A stretch of 64,000 nt of DNA from an uncultured virus (IMG/VR IMGVR_UViG_3300044796_000596) (Duplodnaviria; Heunggongvirae; Uroviricota; Caudoviricetes): the IMG/VR virus record IMGVR_UViG_3300044796_000596; one strand, given 5' to 3'. The notes under the pieces are model-generated. The model did not search any database. It had not been told where the DNA came from and saw only the letters and a list, made by a program, of their open reading frames with translations. The translations under genes were made by a program, and so were the position numbers. Every line of letters starts with the position of its first letter. Within the stretch, counting starts at the first letter, position 1. Shown in pieces: positions 27,038 through 36,281 of the stretch.

Positions 27038-28318
27038 ATGGGATCAACCGAAAACGAAAGTCTCGGTACGGCGCTCGCGTCGAGCTCCAACCTCTTCGCC
27101 ATCGACTTCTTCGCCAAGGCGCGCGTCGACAATCCGGGGAACTTCGCGTTCTCGCCGTTCAGCATCCTCGCGGCCATCCTGCTCGCGGGCGCGGGCGCGA
27201 AGGGGGAGACGGCCCGGCAGATCCGGCGCGTGCTTCGGCTCGTCCCAGGAACTGACGACGCCCTCGCGGCGCTTCGTGCGATCGGCGTGAGCCTCGTGCG
27301 CGGCGCGACGGACGAGAACGGCCAGCCGACCGTGGTGTTCTCGATCGCGAACGGGATCTTCCCCGAGACGACGTACCCGATCGAGCCGTCGTACCTCCAG
27401 CGCGCGAGGACGATCGGATTGGTGGAGGCGCTCAACTTCCGTGGCTCCCCCGACGTTGCGCGGGTTCGCGTGAACGCGTGGATCGCCGATCAGACGCGGG
27501 ACCGCATCCGCGATCTCCTCCCGGCAGGCAGCGTCGACGCCGACACACGCCTCGTCCTCGCGAACGCGATCTACTTCCTCGGCGAATGGGCGATGCCCTT
27601 CAAGAAGGAAGCGACGAGGCAGGAGTTCTTCCGCACGCACGAAGGACTCCGGACGCGCGTCCCCACGATGCGCCAGACGAAGCGCTTCGGGTACGCCAAC
27701 GTGGGCGAGGCGAAGCTCCTTGAGATGCCCTACCGAGGCGGCGCGTTCGCGATGACGTTCCTCCTGCCGAACGACGACTCCTCGAACTCCTCGAACTCCT
27801 CGAACTCCTCGAACCTCGACGACCTCGAGGCGCGGCTCACGAGCGCGCAGATCGACACGTGGCTCGCGCAGATGGCGCCGACGTGGGTCGAGGTATCGCT
27901 GCCGAAGTTCAAGGTCGACCCGGCCTCCTCGCTCGCGCTCGGGGGCATCCTCGGCGCGCTCGGGATGCCGCTTGCGTTCGATCGTCGGGCGGACTTCACG
28001 GGGATCGCAAATCCGCCAGATCCCGCGGACGGACTCTGCATCGGCGGCGTCTTCCACAAGGCGTTCGTGAAGGTCGACGAGAAGGGCACGGAGGCGGCGG
28101 CCGCGACCGCGATGGAGATGCACACGCGCGGGATCTCGATGGCCCCGAAGGCCGAGGCTTTCAAGGCGGACCATCCCTTCCTGTTCCTGCTCCGGGATCT
28201 TCGCACGGGTCTCGTGCTCTTCATGGGTCGCGTGGCGGCTCCCGAAGCAGAGGAGAGCGGCGAGATGGGGGATGCGCGGCGCCTCACGGGCTTCGCGCGG
28301 GGCCGAACGCGAGGATGA
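27038..28318 (+). CDS. Serpin (serine/cysteine protease inhibitor)
   Basis: NFAFSPFSI, NAIYFLGEW, LPKFK, hinge EKGTEAAAAT, FKADHPFLF, LFMGRV. Confidence 0.95.
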   Translation: MGSTENESLGTALASSSNLFAIDFFAKARVDNPGNFAFSPFSILAAILLAGAGAKGETARQIRRVLRLVPGTDDALAALRAIGVSLVRGATDENGQPTVVFSIANGIFPETTYPIEPSYLQRARTIGLVEALNFRGSPDVARVRVNAWIADQTRDRIRDLLPAGSVDADTRLVLANAIYFLGEWAMPFKKEATRQEFFRTHEGLRTRVPTMRQTKRFGYANVGEAKLLEMPYRGGAFAMTFLLPNDDSSNSSNSSNSSNLDDLEARLTSAQIDTWLAQMAPTWVEVSLPKFKVDPASSLALGGILGALGMPLAFDRRADFTGIANPPDPADGLCIGGVFHKAFVKVDEKGTEAAAATAMEMHTRGISMAPKAEAFKADHPFLFLLRDLRTGLVLFMGRVAAPEAEESGEMGDARRLTGFARGRTRG

Positions 28319-28325
28319 CGCGAGG

Positions 28326-28931
28326 ATGAGTCTCCGCAACGACATGCGACGGGCGAAGAAGACGAGAGCGCACCTCGCGAAGGAGGAACTCGCGCAGAAG
28401 ACGCTCCAGACGATCCAGCGCGAGACGGCGCTCAAGTGGTCGTGGCGTGGCTGGGCGGCGCGACGGAAAGCCGAGAAAAGCCGCTCGGTGCGTCGGGCTG
28501 CGCGCTGGCTCGACGACGCTGGCGAGTACACGCACGAGGGCATCGAGCACGCGGGGCTCGCGCGCCTCGAGGGCGGCGGCGAGGGCGAGCGGTTCTTCGC
28601 CGAGATCCTCGCGATCGGCCGGGATCGCATCGAACCCATCGGACCCGGCAAGCTGAGCACGGACGCCGACGCCGCGCTTGCCGCGCTTGCCGAGCTCGAC
28701 GCGAAGGACCTGCTCCAGATCCAGAGCGAGACCGCGGTCACTTGGGCGTGGCGTGCGTGGGCCGCGTACGACAACGCTCGGTTGGCGACGACGCGCGCCG
28801 CACGGGACATCTGGATCAGCGACGGCAAGGCGTACGCGGAGGAGGCGGCGGAGCACGCTTCGCTCGCCGAGGAAAAGGGCGCCGAGGGGATCTTCATCGA
28901 GATTCTCGGGATCATCCGAGCGAGGGACTGA
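28326..28931 (+). CDS. Hypothetical protein with internal duplication
   Basis: LQTIQRETALKWSWRGWAA...EHAGLA repeated as LLQIQSETAVTWAWRAWAA...EHASLA. Confidence 0.65.
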   Translation: MSLRNDMRRAKKTRAHLAKEELAQKTLQTIQRETALKWSWRGWAARRKAEKSRSVRRAARWLDDAGEYTHEGIEHAGLARLEGGGEGERFFAEILAIGRDRIEPIGPGKLSTDADAALAALAELDAKDLLQIQSETAVTWAWRAWAAYDNARLATTRAARDIWISDGKAYAEEAAEHASLAEEKGAEGIFIEILGIIRARD

Positions 28932-28937
28932 GAAAAA

Positions 28938-29450
28938 ATGAGCGAGAGCGGTACGATCGACACGAAGAGCGGCACGATGAGCGGAACGAAGAGCGGGACG
29001 AAGAGCGGCAGGAGCACGAGCACGGCCATGGTTCGTTTCTCGGGCGACCCCTCGGAGACTCCGCTCGTCACGAGGATCCTTCGGGCGGCCTGCGAGGCGC
29101 GTCGCGAGATGGCGGCGCTGGAGTGCGAGGCGCACGAGTACCGCGACCCGGCCATCGCGGAGCAAGGAGCGCTTCGGCAGGGCACGCAGGAGGCTCTCGA
29201 AGCCCTTGCCGCGGGCAAGCTCTCGCTCGACGCGCTGAGCGCTGCGGCGAGGAAGAGTCTTCTTCGTCTGCTCGTGGTGCGGACGTGCGATGCCTGCAAC
29301 GAGCCGATGCCCAAGGATCACTGGTACAGCGTCAGCCGATGGAGCCATGGAGGCCATGGAGGCCATGGAGCGTTTTTGTGGTCGCGCTTCACGTGCTCGC
29401 CGGGCTGCGCCCGCGTGCTTCGTCGCGCGGTCGTCCTCGGGCCAAGCTAA
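28938..29450 (+). CDS. Hypothetical protein with Zn-ribbon-like Cys pairs
   Basis: CDAC...CSPGC. Confidence 0.55.
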   Translation: MSESGTIDTKSGTMSGTKSGTKSGRSTSTAMVRFSGDPSETPLVTRILRAACEARREMAALECEAHEYRDPAIAEQGALRQGTQEALEALAAGKLSLDALSAAARKSLLRLLVVRTCDACNEPMPKDHWYSVSRWSHGGHGGHGAFLWSRFTCSPGCARVLRRAVVLGPS

Positions 29451-29496
29451 GGCCAAGCTAAGGCCAAGCTAAGGCAACGCACGAGCGCACCGAGCA

Positions 29497-29886
29497 ATGC
29501 ACGAGCACCTGCACGTCGTCGTCGTGAGTGGGCACGAGGGGTCGCTCACCGAGGCGGCCGACAAGCTCAAGCGGCTGCCTGGCTACCACCGCGTGTCGAT
29601 CGGGACGGACGCGCCGACCCACACGCCGTCGCAGACGTGGCTCGTCGCCTGCCCGCAGACGGCCAAGGAGCTACGCGACCACCTGCGCGAGATCGAAGGC
29701 TTCCACGTGTTCGTGGCGGAACTTGGCGGGCAGTGGGCGACCCACCGGGGTGGCGCGACGGAGGCGTGGATCGACTTCGCGTTTCGGGGGCACGAGCGCG
29801 CCATCCCGTCCGAGGCGCTGCCCGCGGACGACGAGACGCCGCCGCTGCCTTGGTGGACGCGGCTCGCACGCTGGCTCCGGGCCTGA
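29497..29886 (+). CDS. Hypothetical protein, possibly ferredoxin-like fold
   Basis: QTWLV...AKELRDHL...VFVAEL pattern. Confidence 0.5.
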   Translation: MHEHLHVVVVSGHEGSLTEAADKLKRLPGYHRVSIGTDAPTHTPSQTWLVACPQTAKELRDHLREIEGFHVFVAELGGQWATHRGGATEAWIDFAFRGHERAIPSEALPADDETPPLPWWTRLARWLRA

Positions 29887-30549
29887 GTGACTGATACGCT
29901 CGACGTCATGTTCACGCCGGACGCCACCATCCTCGCGAAACACTTCACGCCCGGACGTCCCGAGCCCATCCGACTCGTCGTGATCCACACCACGGAGAAT
30001 GCTTGCGCGCTGCACGTCGCGCGCAACGTCGCGCTGTGGTTCGCGGGCGCGAGCGCGCCTCAGGCGAGCGCGCACTACGTCGTGGGCCCCGACGAGGTGA
30101 TCGCGTGCGTGCGCGAGGAGGACACCGCGTGGCAGGCGCCGCCCACCAACCCGTACGCGATCGGCGTCGAGCACGCGGCGCGCGCCGCCGACGAGATCGT
30201 GGACGGCAAGGTCGTCGCGAAAGCCTTCACGGCGGACGACTGGGCAGGCGACGCCGCGCAGGCGATGATCGCCAAGTCCGTCGAGCTCGTCGCGGATCTC
30301 TGCGTCCGGCACAACATTCCAGCCGTCTTCGTCGACAAGGACGGTCTCGTGCGCGGCGACGCGGGCATCACGACGCACATCACGATCTCCCACGCCTTCG
30401 GCAAGACGGACCACGTGGACCCGGGCCCGAACTTCCCGATCGACGACTACCTCGCGCGCGTCGCGGCGGCGGTCGCCGATCGGGCGGGGGGCGCGGCGAC
30501 GGATCCGGCGCCCGCTCCGACGGACCCGACCGATCCGACCGACGCCTGA
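29887..30549 (+). CDS. N-acetylmuramoyl-L-alanine amidase (Amidase_2), putative endolysin
   Basis: VVIHTTE, ASAHYVV, TAWQA, IGVE, ITTH, HVDPGPNFP. Confidence 0.9.
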   Translation: MTDTLDVMFTPDATILAKHFTPGRPEPIRLVVIHTTENACALHVARNVALWFAGASAPQASAHYVVGPDEVIACVREEDTAWQAPPTNPYAIGVEHAARAADEIVDGKVVAKAFTADDWAGDAAQAMIAKSVELVADLCVRHNIPAVFVDKDGLVRGDAGITTHITISHAFGKTDHVDPGPNFPIDDYLARVAAAVADRAGGAATDPAPAPTDPTDPTDA

Positions 30550-32048
30550 GCGTTCGGAGGCGTCGCGAGAGGCGTCGCGAGAGGCATCGCGATCTGGATC
30601 GGCTTGATCCACACGCGCCGGCGGAGCACGTCGTCGTACTGCGTCCAGAGCGTCGTGTCGGTTCCCATGTCGGAGCGCTTCGGGTACCGCTTGAACCGCA
30701 TGTAGAACACGCTCGCGACCGAGCCGGGGCTCCGGCCGTACGTGCGGGCGAGCCGCGCCCTCGACGCGTAGAACGCCGTGCGCTCGTCCTGCGCGCGGAC
30801 CTCGGGGGTCACCTCGACCATCGGGCCCTGCGCGGGCAACTCGACCGGCGGTCCGCCGCGGGGGAGCGTCGCTCCGCACGAGGGGCAGCGCTTCGGCCAG
30901 CCCTGGAGCTCTGCGGCGCAGAACGGGCAGTGGAAGCCGGGAGCCTCTTCGTCCGACTCGTGACCCAAGAGCGAGATCCGGTCCGGAGCGGTCAGCGACC
31001 CGAAGCGCTTGTCGCATCCGGCGTGATCCAGGATGAGGCAGTCGACCTTGCCGGTTGCGTGGTCGGGGCGGAGCGCGCGCCCGCACATCTGCCGCCAGAG
31101 CGACCGCGATCGGGTGGGCCGCGCGAGGATGATGCAGGAGCACCGGGGAAGGTCCCAGCCTTCCGTCAGGATGTTGCAGTTCACGACGACGTCGAGCCGG
31201 CCCTCCTTGAGGTCCTCGAGCACCGCGGCGCGAGCCTTGTCGCGCATCTCGCCGTCCACGTGTCCCGCTCGCACCCCGGCGCGGAGGAAGGCGTCGCGGA
31301 GGTGCAGGCTGTGCTCGATGCTCACCGCGAACGCGACCGTGGTCCGGCCGGCCGCGTCTTTCTTCCACGCCTGCACGGTGTCCTCGACGAACTCGATGCG
31401 GTTCATCACGCGGTCGAGGTCCCCGAGGTCGTAGTCGTTCGTGAGCTTGCTCTTCTTCACCCGCGAGAGATCCGGGACGTCCCGCTTGAAGAGCCGCGGG
31501 GGCACGAGGTAGCCGAGGTCGATGAGCTCCTGGATGGTGCTCACCACGACGAGGGCGTCGAACACCTCGCCGAGGGCCTTGCCGTCTGCGCGGTAGGGCG
31601 TTGCCGTGAGGCCGAGCACGGGCACGCCGGGAAACGCGGCGAGGACGTCCTGGTAGCCGTCTGCGGTCGCGTGGTGGGCCTCGTCGAAGATGATGAGGTC
31701 GAAGGGGCCGAGGCCATGATCCGGTCTCGCAAGGCGCCTCTGGAGCGTCTGGACGGAGGCAACGAGGATGGGGCGGTCGGTGTCGCGGGTGCGGGTCCCC
31801 TGGAGGATGCCGTGCTCGATCGCGACCTCGGTGAGCGTGTCGGAAATCTGCGTCACGAGCTCCTGGCGGTGGGTCACGAACAGGACGCGCTTCTCCTTGC
31901 CCGCGGCGCTCTTCACGATGCGGCAGGCAATGATCGTCTTGCCGGAGCCGGTCGGCGCGACGAGCAGGGGCCGGAGCTTCTTCGCGCGGAGCGCGTCGCG
32001 CGTCCTCTCGACGGCCTCGTCTTGGTAGGCCCGCTTGTCGTACGCCAT
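30447..32048 (-). CDS. SF2 DEAD/DEAH-box helicase (RadD/YejH-like phage type) with Zn finger
   Basis: RAYQ, APTGSGKT, DEAHH, GLTATP, LTEGWD, QMCGRALR, CPFC..CPSC. Confidence 0.93.
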   Translation of the reverse strand: MAYDKRAYQDEAVERTRDALRAKKLRPLLVAPTGSGKTIIACRIVKSAAGKEKRVLFVTHRQELVTQISDTLTEVAIEHGILQGTRTRDTDRPILVASVQTLQRRLARPDHGLGPFDLIIFDEAHHATADGYQDVLAAFPGVPVLGLTATPYRADGKALGEVFDALVVVSTIQELIDLGYLVPPRLFKRDVPDLSRVKKSKLTNDYDLGDLDRVMNRIEFVEDTVQAWKKDAAGRTTVAFAVSIEHSLHLRDAFLRAGVRAGHVDGEMRDKARAAVLEDLKEGRLDVVVNCNILTEGWDLPRCSCIILARPTRSRSLWRQMCGRALRPDHATGKVDCLILDHAGCDKRFGSLTAPDRISLLGHESDEEAPGFHCPFCAAELQGWPKRCPSCGATLPRGGPPVELPAQGPMVEVTPEVRAQDERTAFYASRARLARTYGRSPGSVASVFYMRFKRYPKRSDMGTDTTLWTQYDDVLRRRVWIKPIQIAMPLATPLATPPNAQASVGSVGSVGAGAGSVAAPPARSATAAATRAR

Positions 32049-32064
32049 CGGTCTGCGCTCCCGG

Positions 32065-32307
32065 CTAACGCCGTTGGCCTTTGGCCCTCCGGGCGCGTAG
32101 CTCCGCCGCACGCTCACGCTGTGCGTTGCGGACGTGCTCGTGGGCGATGGTGACGAACGTGTTGGAGATTGCGCGCAGACGCTTTGCTTCCTCGAGCGCG
32201 TAGGGTGCCGCGACGGGGTGCGTCTCGGCAATGGCGGCGCAGGCGCGCGCCTCGACGCGAAAGAGGTGAGAAAGCTCCTGAAGCATGGCGACGTTCACGG
32301 CTCGCAA
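32065..32307 (-). CDS. Small hypothetical protein
   Basis: Fills the gap between ASCH and helicase genes in the same orientation. Confidence 0.45.
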   Translation of the reverse strand: MRAVNVAMLQELSHLFRVEARACAAIAETHPVAAPYALEEAKRLRAISNTFVTIAHEHVRNAQRERAAELRARRAKGQRR

Positions 32308-32786
32308 GGCTCCCAGCGCGCGTCTGCGATCGTGCTCTCCGGCACGTCGAAGAATCCGAGCGATCCTTTCACGTGGATCGGCTTGTCGATGCGCTGGACC
32401 TCGCGCATCACGAGGGCGAAGCCGTCACACCACCAGGCATGTTGATCGTCGGCGCCGGGGACGGCGGCCGCGTAGGCCGCGAAGTCCTTCTCGTCGTAGA
32501 GGAGGCCGTCGAGGATGGCGCGCCCGACGATGCAGCCGCGCTGGTCCATCAACTGCCGAAGCGTGACCGGGCCGTTCTGAACGATGCGGTCCCAGGCATC
32601 GATCGTGGCCATGCTCTTGCCGATCAGGAACTCCTCGTAGACGGCGTACTTGCTCCACCACGAGCTCGCGTGGAGCAGGAAGGGGCCGCGCCACGTGGGA
32701 CCGAATTTCCACTCGCGGTTCTCGAGGCGCTTCCCCGCATTGAGGATCATCCAGGCCCACGGTTGGCGAATGGAAAGCGCCCTCAC
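32295..32786 (-). CDS. ASCH domain protein
   Basis: RALSIRQPWAW...GKRLENREW...RGPFLLHAS...KGSLGFF. Confidence 0.88.
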   Translation of the reverse strand: MRALSIRQPWAWMILNAGKRLENREWKFGPTWRGPFLLHASSWWSKYAVYEEFLIGKSMATIDAWDRIVQNGPVTLRQLMDQRGCIVGRAILDGLLYDEKDFAAYAAAVPGADDQHAWWCDGFALVMREVQRIDKPIHVKGSLGFFDVPESTIADARWEPCEP

Positions 32787-33610
32787 GGCCCAACCGGATG
32801 TTCGTCGCAGTCGTCGCAGCATCGATCGCACGTCACCCGATCGGCCTCGAAGGTGTAGCGTCGACCATCGGTGGCGAGGTGGACATCGGGCGGCAGCCGA
32901 ACGCGCTGGTTCGGCGTGATCGCCGTGATCGCCGTGATCGCCGTGATCGCCGTGATCGCCGTGGTCGCCGTGGTCGCCGTGGTCGCCGTGGTCGCCGTGG
33001 TCGCCGTGGTCGCCGTGGTCGCCGTGGTCGCCGTGGTCGCCGTGGTCGCCGTGGTCGCCGTGGTCGCGGGTTCGACGCGCGTCTGATCGCAGTGCACGAG
33101 GAGGCCCGGCGTCGGCGTCGAGAGAACGCGATGCACCGCGCGCGCACGCAACATCGCCACATCCGCTTCCGCTCGAACACGGTTGGCGATCGACTCGGCG
33201 ATGACGTCCTCGACGCTGGCCCGGTACTCGTCGCAGGCCGCCACCATAGCTTGGTTCCGGTCGTTCAAGCTCGTCTGGAGGGCGGTGTATCGATCGGCCA
33301 CATCGTCGTGCCTCGCGCGCGCCTCGTCGCGCTCGAGGATCACGATCGAGAGCTTGCTGGCAAGCTTGCTGTCGAGCCATGCCTGCACGCTCGCGCGGAG
33401 GTCGTCCTGTGTTCGGTTCGCGGGATGAAGGGGTGGTTCGTGGTCGTGGAGTGCGATCGAGATTTCGCCGATCCAGTCGCCCGTGTTGCCGAACGTGAAC
33501 GGCTCGACGCCGCTCGGGCTGCCGTCCCGGTTGCACGGGTAGCCGCACGCACGGAGGAGCCAGAGCAGGTTCGAACGTTGGTACTCGTCGAGCGTGATCG
33601 TGGTGGTCAT
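32783..33610 (-). CDS. Hypothetical coiled-coil protein with Thr/Ala tandem repeat
   Basis: 275-aa ORF coupled to the ASCH gene. Confidence 0.6.
   Translation of the reverse strand: MTTTITLDEYQRSNLLWLLRACGYPCNRDGSPSGVEPFTFGNTGDWIGEISIALHDHEPPLHPANRTQDDLRASVQAWLDSKLASKLSIVILERDEARARHDDVADRYTALQTSLNDRNQAMVAACDEYRASVEDVIAESIANRVRAEADVAMLRARAVHRVLSTPTPGLLVHCDQTRVEPATTATTATTATTATTATTATTATTATTATTATTATTAITAITAITAITAITPNQRVRLPPDVHLATDGRRYTFEADRVTCDRCCDDCDEHPVGP
32915..33067. repeat. 17 x 9-nt tandem repeat (5 x CGTGATCGC + 12 x CGTGGTCGC)
   Basis: Direct reading; encodes (ATT)12(AIT)5 in frame. Confidence 0.95.
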
Positions 33611-33620
33611 CGGACGAGCC

Positions 33621-34025
33621 TCAGAGCCAGTTCTCGAGCGCGAGACCGGGGACGCGTCCGAAGTGCCGCTCGTTGTTCGTGACCAGGGTCACGTCGAGCG
33701 CGAGCGCGTGCGCTGCAATCAGCGCGTCGTACTCCCCGATCGACGCTCCCGCTTCGGCCAGGGCCGAGATCGTTTTGCCGAAACGGACGGCGGCATCGGC
33801 GTCGAACGGCGCGACGGCGATGTCGTGGACGAACGCGTCGATCATGGTGTGGATCCGCTTGGACTTCTTCTTGTCCGCGCCGAACCGCAACTCCGCCAAC
33901 GTGATCGCGCTGATGCACACGTCCAACGCGCGCTGCTCCCGAAAGCGCTGAGCGGCGTTGCCCTGCCCCCGAAACACGTAGCTCACCGTATCCGTGTCGA
34001 GCATGTATTTCGCCATGTGCTTCAT
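33621..34025 (-). CDS. vapC: PIN-domain toxin
   Basis: [36 protein letters not shown]; overlaps the antitoxin stop. Confidence 0.92.
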   Translation of the reverse strand: MKHMAKYMLDTDTVSYVFRGQGNAAQRFREQRALDVCISAITLAELRFGADKKKSKRIHTMIDAFVHDIAVAPFDADAAVRFGKTISALAEAGASIGEYDALIAAHALALDVTLVTNNERHFGRVPGLALENWL

Positions 34026-34300
34026 CGCCGGCTCTTGGGCGGCAGCATCCGACGCGTCTTGAACTCGGCGATCGGCCTCTGCGGCGGGCGCTCGATCTGC
34101 TCGTCCAAGGTGCCGATGAGCGCCATGAGCTCCGGCGACCATCCGTTTGCGTTGGACGGCTCGATCGGCTCGAGGATGACGGCTCGGCCCTCACGCCGAA
34201 TGAGCACCTCGTCGCCCTCGAAGCGGAACGCCCGGGGAAGGCGGACGGCTTGGCTGGCACCGTTCGGGAAGAGCTTGGCGCGGGCGGGCGTGGACTGCAT
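34022..34300 (-). CDS. vapB: AbrB-type antitoxin
   Basis: [35 protein letters not shown]. Confidence 0.92.
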   Translation of the reverse strand: MQSTPARAKLFPNGASQAVRLPRAFRFEGDEVLIRREGRAVILEPIEPSNANGWSPELMALIGTLDEQIERPPQRPIAEFKTRRMLPPKSRR

Positions 34301-34303
34301 CGG

Positions 34304-34334
34304 GAAAGTATAGACCGTATCTACTTTCGATCAA
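34304..34334 (-). promoter_or_regulatory. Leaderless vapBC promoter with overlapping operator palindrome
   Basis: TTGATC-N16-TATACT-N6-ATG; inverted repeat GAAAGTA (34304-34310) / TACTTTC (34322-34328). Confidence 0.7.
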
Positions 34335-34344
34335 GCCCAAGCCC

Positions 34345-34926
34345 TCAAAAAGCTCCGGCCTTCAGGCCGGGGTAGTTTACAGGTCCGATGCCGGGCAGGA
34401 GCAGCGCCTGCTCGTGGAGAGGCGTCCAGGGTCGGCGGCCGCGCAGGGGCTTCGCGAGCATCGTCACGGCCCGCTCCACGTCCGCGTCGGAGAGGCCCCG
34501 ATACTCGTTCGTCTGGACGACGTAGGGCGCGATCGGTCCGAGCAACCGGACGTCGTCGAGCGCCACGAACGACGTGGGCTTCTGCTTCTGCGCGCGTAGC
34601 CAGGCGAGGATCTCGCCCCCGCGCACCCGCGCGATGTCCTCGGCGTAGGTGACGTCCTCGTGCATCGGCGTGATGTCGAAGACGGTGCCCGTGAAGCCGC
34701 GGGCCCGGAGCGCGGCCGTGAGCTGCGAGACCGTGAAGCCTTCCTTCGTCTGCGGATTCTGCCGCCAGGTGGACGAGACGACCACGCGGCAGTCCGTGCG
34801 CTCCACGAGCTTCGAGAGCCGCGCGATCCACTCCGGCACGAGGCGTTCGTGCGCGCTCGCGCCCGAGATGGCGCGCGCGACCACGCCATCGAAATCGAGG
34901 AAGCAGACTTTGTGCGAAACCGACAC
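34345..34926 (-). CDS. HAD-family phosphatase (Swiss Army Knife RNA-repair-like HAD)
   Basis: FLDFDGV, VVVSSTWR, RGGEILAWL, FVALDD. Confidence 0.85.
   Translation of the reverse strand: MSVSHKVCFLDFDGVVARAISGASAHERLVPEWIARLSKLVERTDCRVVVSSTWRQNPQTKEGFTVSQLTAALRARGFTGTVFDITPMHEDVTYAEDIARVRGGEILAWLRAQKQKPTSFVALDDVRLLGPIAPYVVQTNEYRGLSDADVERAVTMLAKPLRGRRPWTPLHEQALLLPGIGPVNYPGLKAGAF
34349..34380 (-). mobile_element. Solitary IS200/IS605-superfamily (IscB/TnpB-type) end hairpin
   Basis: Minus strand GTAAACTACCCCGGCCTGAAGGCCGGAGCTT resembles the GTCAACTACCCC..CTGAAG..GCTT terminal palindrome. Confidence 0.55.
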
Positions 34927-34966
34927 CCACGTAATTTACCACTTCTTCGGCGCGGAAGGCCCCACC

Positions 34967-35506
34967 TCAATCATCGGAGCCGCCGGCGTCGTGCACGACG
35001 ACCTGCGCGGAGTCCTGGGCGTGCGCGAGCGAGTCGCGGGCGTCGGACCACGCCTGCTCGAGAACCGCGAGGCGCGCCATTGCCCGTTCGTGGTCCGCCA
35101 CGCGCGCCAACGGAATGCGCCCGAGCAGCTCGCGCGCGGCAACCACGCGGCCTCCGAGCGAGGCGGCCTGGACGCTCAGGGCGCCCTCGGCGTGGCGCCG
35201 CAGCACCTGGAGCGACGCCGGGGTGAGGACATGCTGACGTCGGCGCCAGAGCGATCCGCCCTCGACCTCGCCCGTCGCGACGGACCAGAGCGCGTAGCAG
35301 CACTCGAAGATCGTGAGGGCGATGAAGCCGTCCGTGTAGATCAGCGCGTGGTACTCGGTCTCGCGCCGATTGTCCTCGGTCAGATCCGCGTCGGGGACCG
35401 GGGCGTCCCCCTTCACCCGATCATGCGGCTCGCCCTCGCGCAGGCGCGCTTCGAGGATGCACGCGAAGTGCGGATGGTCGTCGTGCTCGTGCTGCTTGTG
35501 GCTCAT
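34967..35506 (-). CDS. Hypothetical protein
   Basis: 179-aa ORF in the operon. Confidence 0.55.
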   Translation of the reverse strand: MSHKQHEHDDHPHFACILEARLREGEPHDRVKGDAPVPDADLTEDNRRETEYHALIYTDGFIALTIFECCYALWSVATGEVEGGSLWRRRQHVLTPASLQVLRRHAEGALSVQAASLGGRVVAARELLGRIPLARVADHERAMARLAVLEQAWSDARDSLAHAQDSAQVVVHDAGGSDD

Positions 35507-35516
35507 ACGCTCTTCT

Positions 35517-35969
35517 CTAGCTCCGCCGCCAAGGCGGCACCACGACCTTGCCTTCGGCCCTCCACCGGGCGTGCGTGATCTGCATCGCCTCGGACCGTGA
35601 GAACCACGGTGCGTACCGGGCGACCGTCGCCTTGTCGATCCCGAGCTCGCTCGCGATCGCGCGGAGGCTGAGTCCGGCCGTGCGCAGATCGACGATGCGC
35701 AGGATGGCCGCGGTGCCGAGGTAGTGTCCGGCGCCGCCGCGGCGGGCTCTCACCGCGTGCACGGCCTCGATGTTCGACACGACGGCCTCGATTCGGGCCC
35801 CCTCTTCCTTGGCCAACGCCGCTTGTGCCTCGCGCGCCGCACGCTCGGCTGCACGTGCGTCCGGCGGCGCGTGTTTCGGGTGGTAGCTCGTCTCGACACC
35901 GCCGACCGTGAAGGTCACCGGCGCGCCACGGATCGCCTTGCCGCACGCGGCACATTCGGCCCGCGGCAC
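35517..35969 (-). CDS. Zn-finger + HTH DNA-binding protein
   Basis: CAACGK...YH; GLSLRAIASELGIDKATVARY. Confidence 0.7.
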   Translation of the reverse strand: MPRAECAACGKAIRGAPVTFTVGGVETSYHPKHAPPDARAAERAAREAQAALAKEEGARIEAVVSNIEAVHAVRARRGGAGHYLGTAAILRIVDLRTAGLSLRAIASELGIDKATVARYAPWFSRSEAMQITHARWRAEGKVVVPPWRRS

Positions 35970-36275
35970 CTAAGGTTCCACCGACACGAGCTTGCCGTGG
36001 ATCTGCGCGCGTCCCGTGCGGCCGTTGGGGTGGCCGCTTGCGTTGCTGATCTGGTACCGCCCGTCCTTCACGGCCGAAACGAAGTGCAGGTACTGGTGGC
36101 CTTCGACCGTGCAGAGCACGACGTCGCCGCGCTCGATCACCGTATCCTCGGCGAGCGGCGCGACCGTCACGAGGTCCCCGGACTTGATCTTCGGGAGCAT
36201 GCTGTTGCCGCGCGGTCGAAACGAGATCGTCTCGCCTGCTTTCAGCTTCGCGATGTAGCTCGATGCCCAGCCCAT
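35970..36275 (-). CDS. S24/S26 peptidase-like small protein
   Basis: RGNSMLPKIKSGDLV...GDVVLC...YLH. Confidence 0.7.
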   Translation of the reverse strand: MGWASSYIAKLKAGETISFRPRGNSMLPKIKSGDLVTVAPLAEDTVIERGDVVLCTVEGHQYLHFVSAVKDGRYQISNASGHPNGRTGRAQIHGKLVSVEP

Positions 36276-36281
36276 GATCGA

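Noticed and set aside
29497..29886. Cas2 gene
   Set aside because: At most a fold-level resemblance; no YD motif, cas1 or array.
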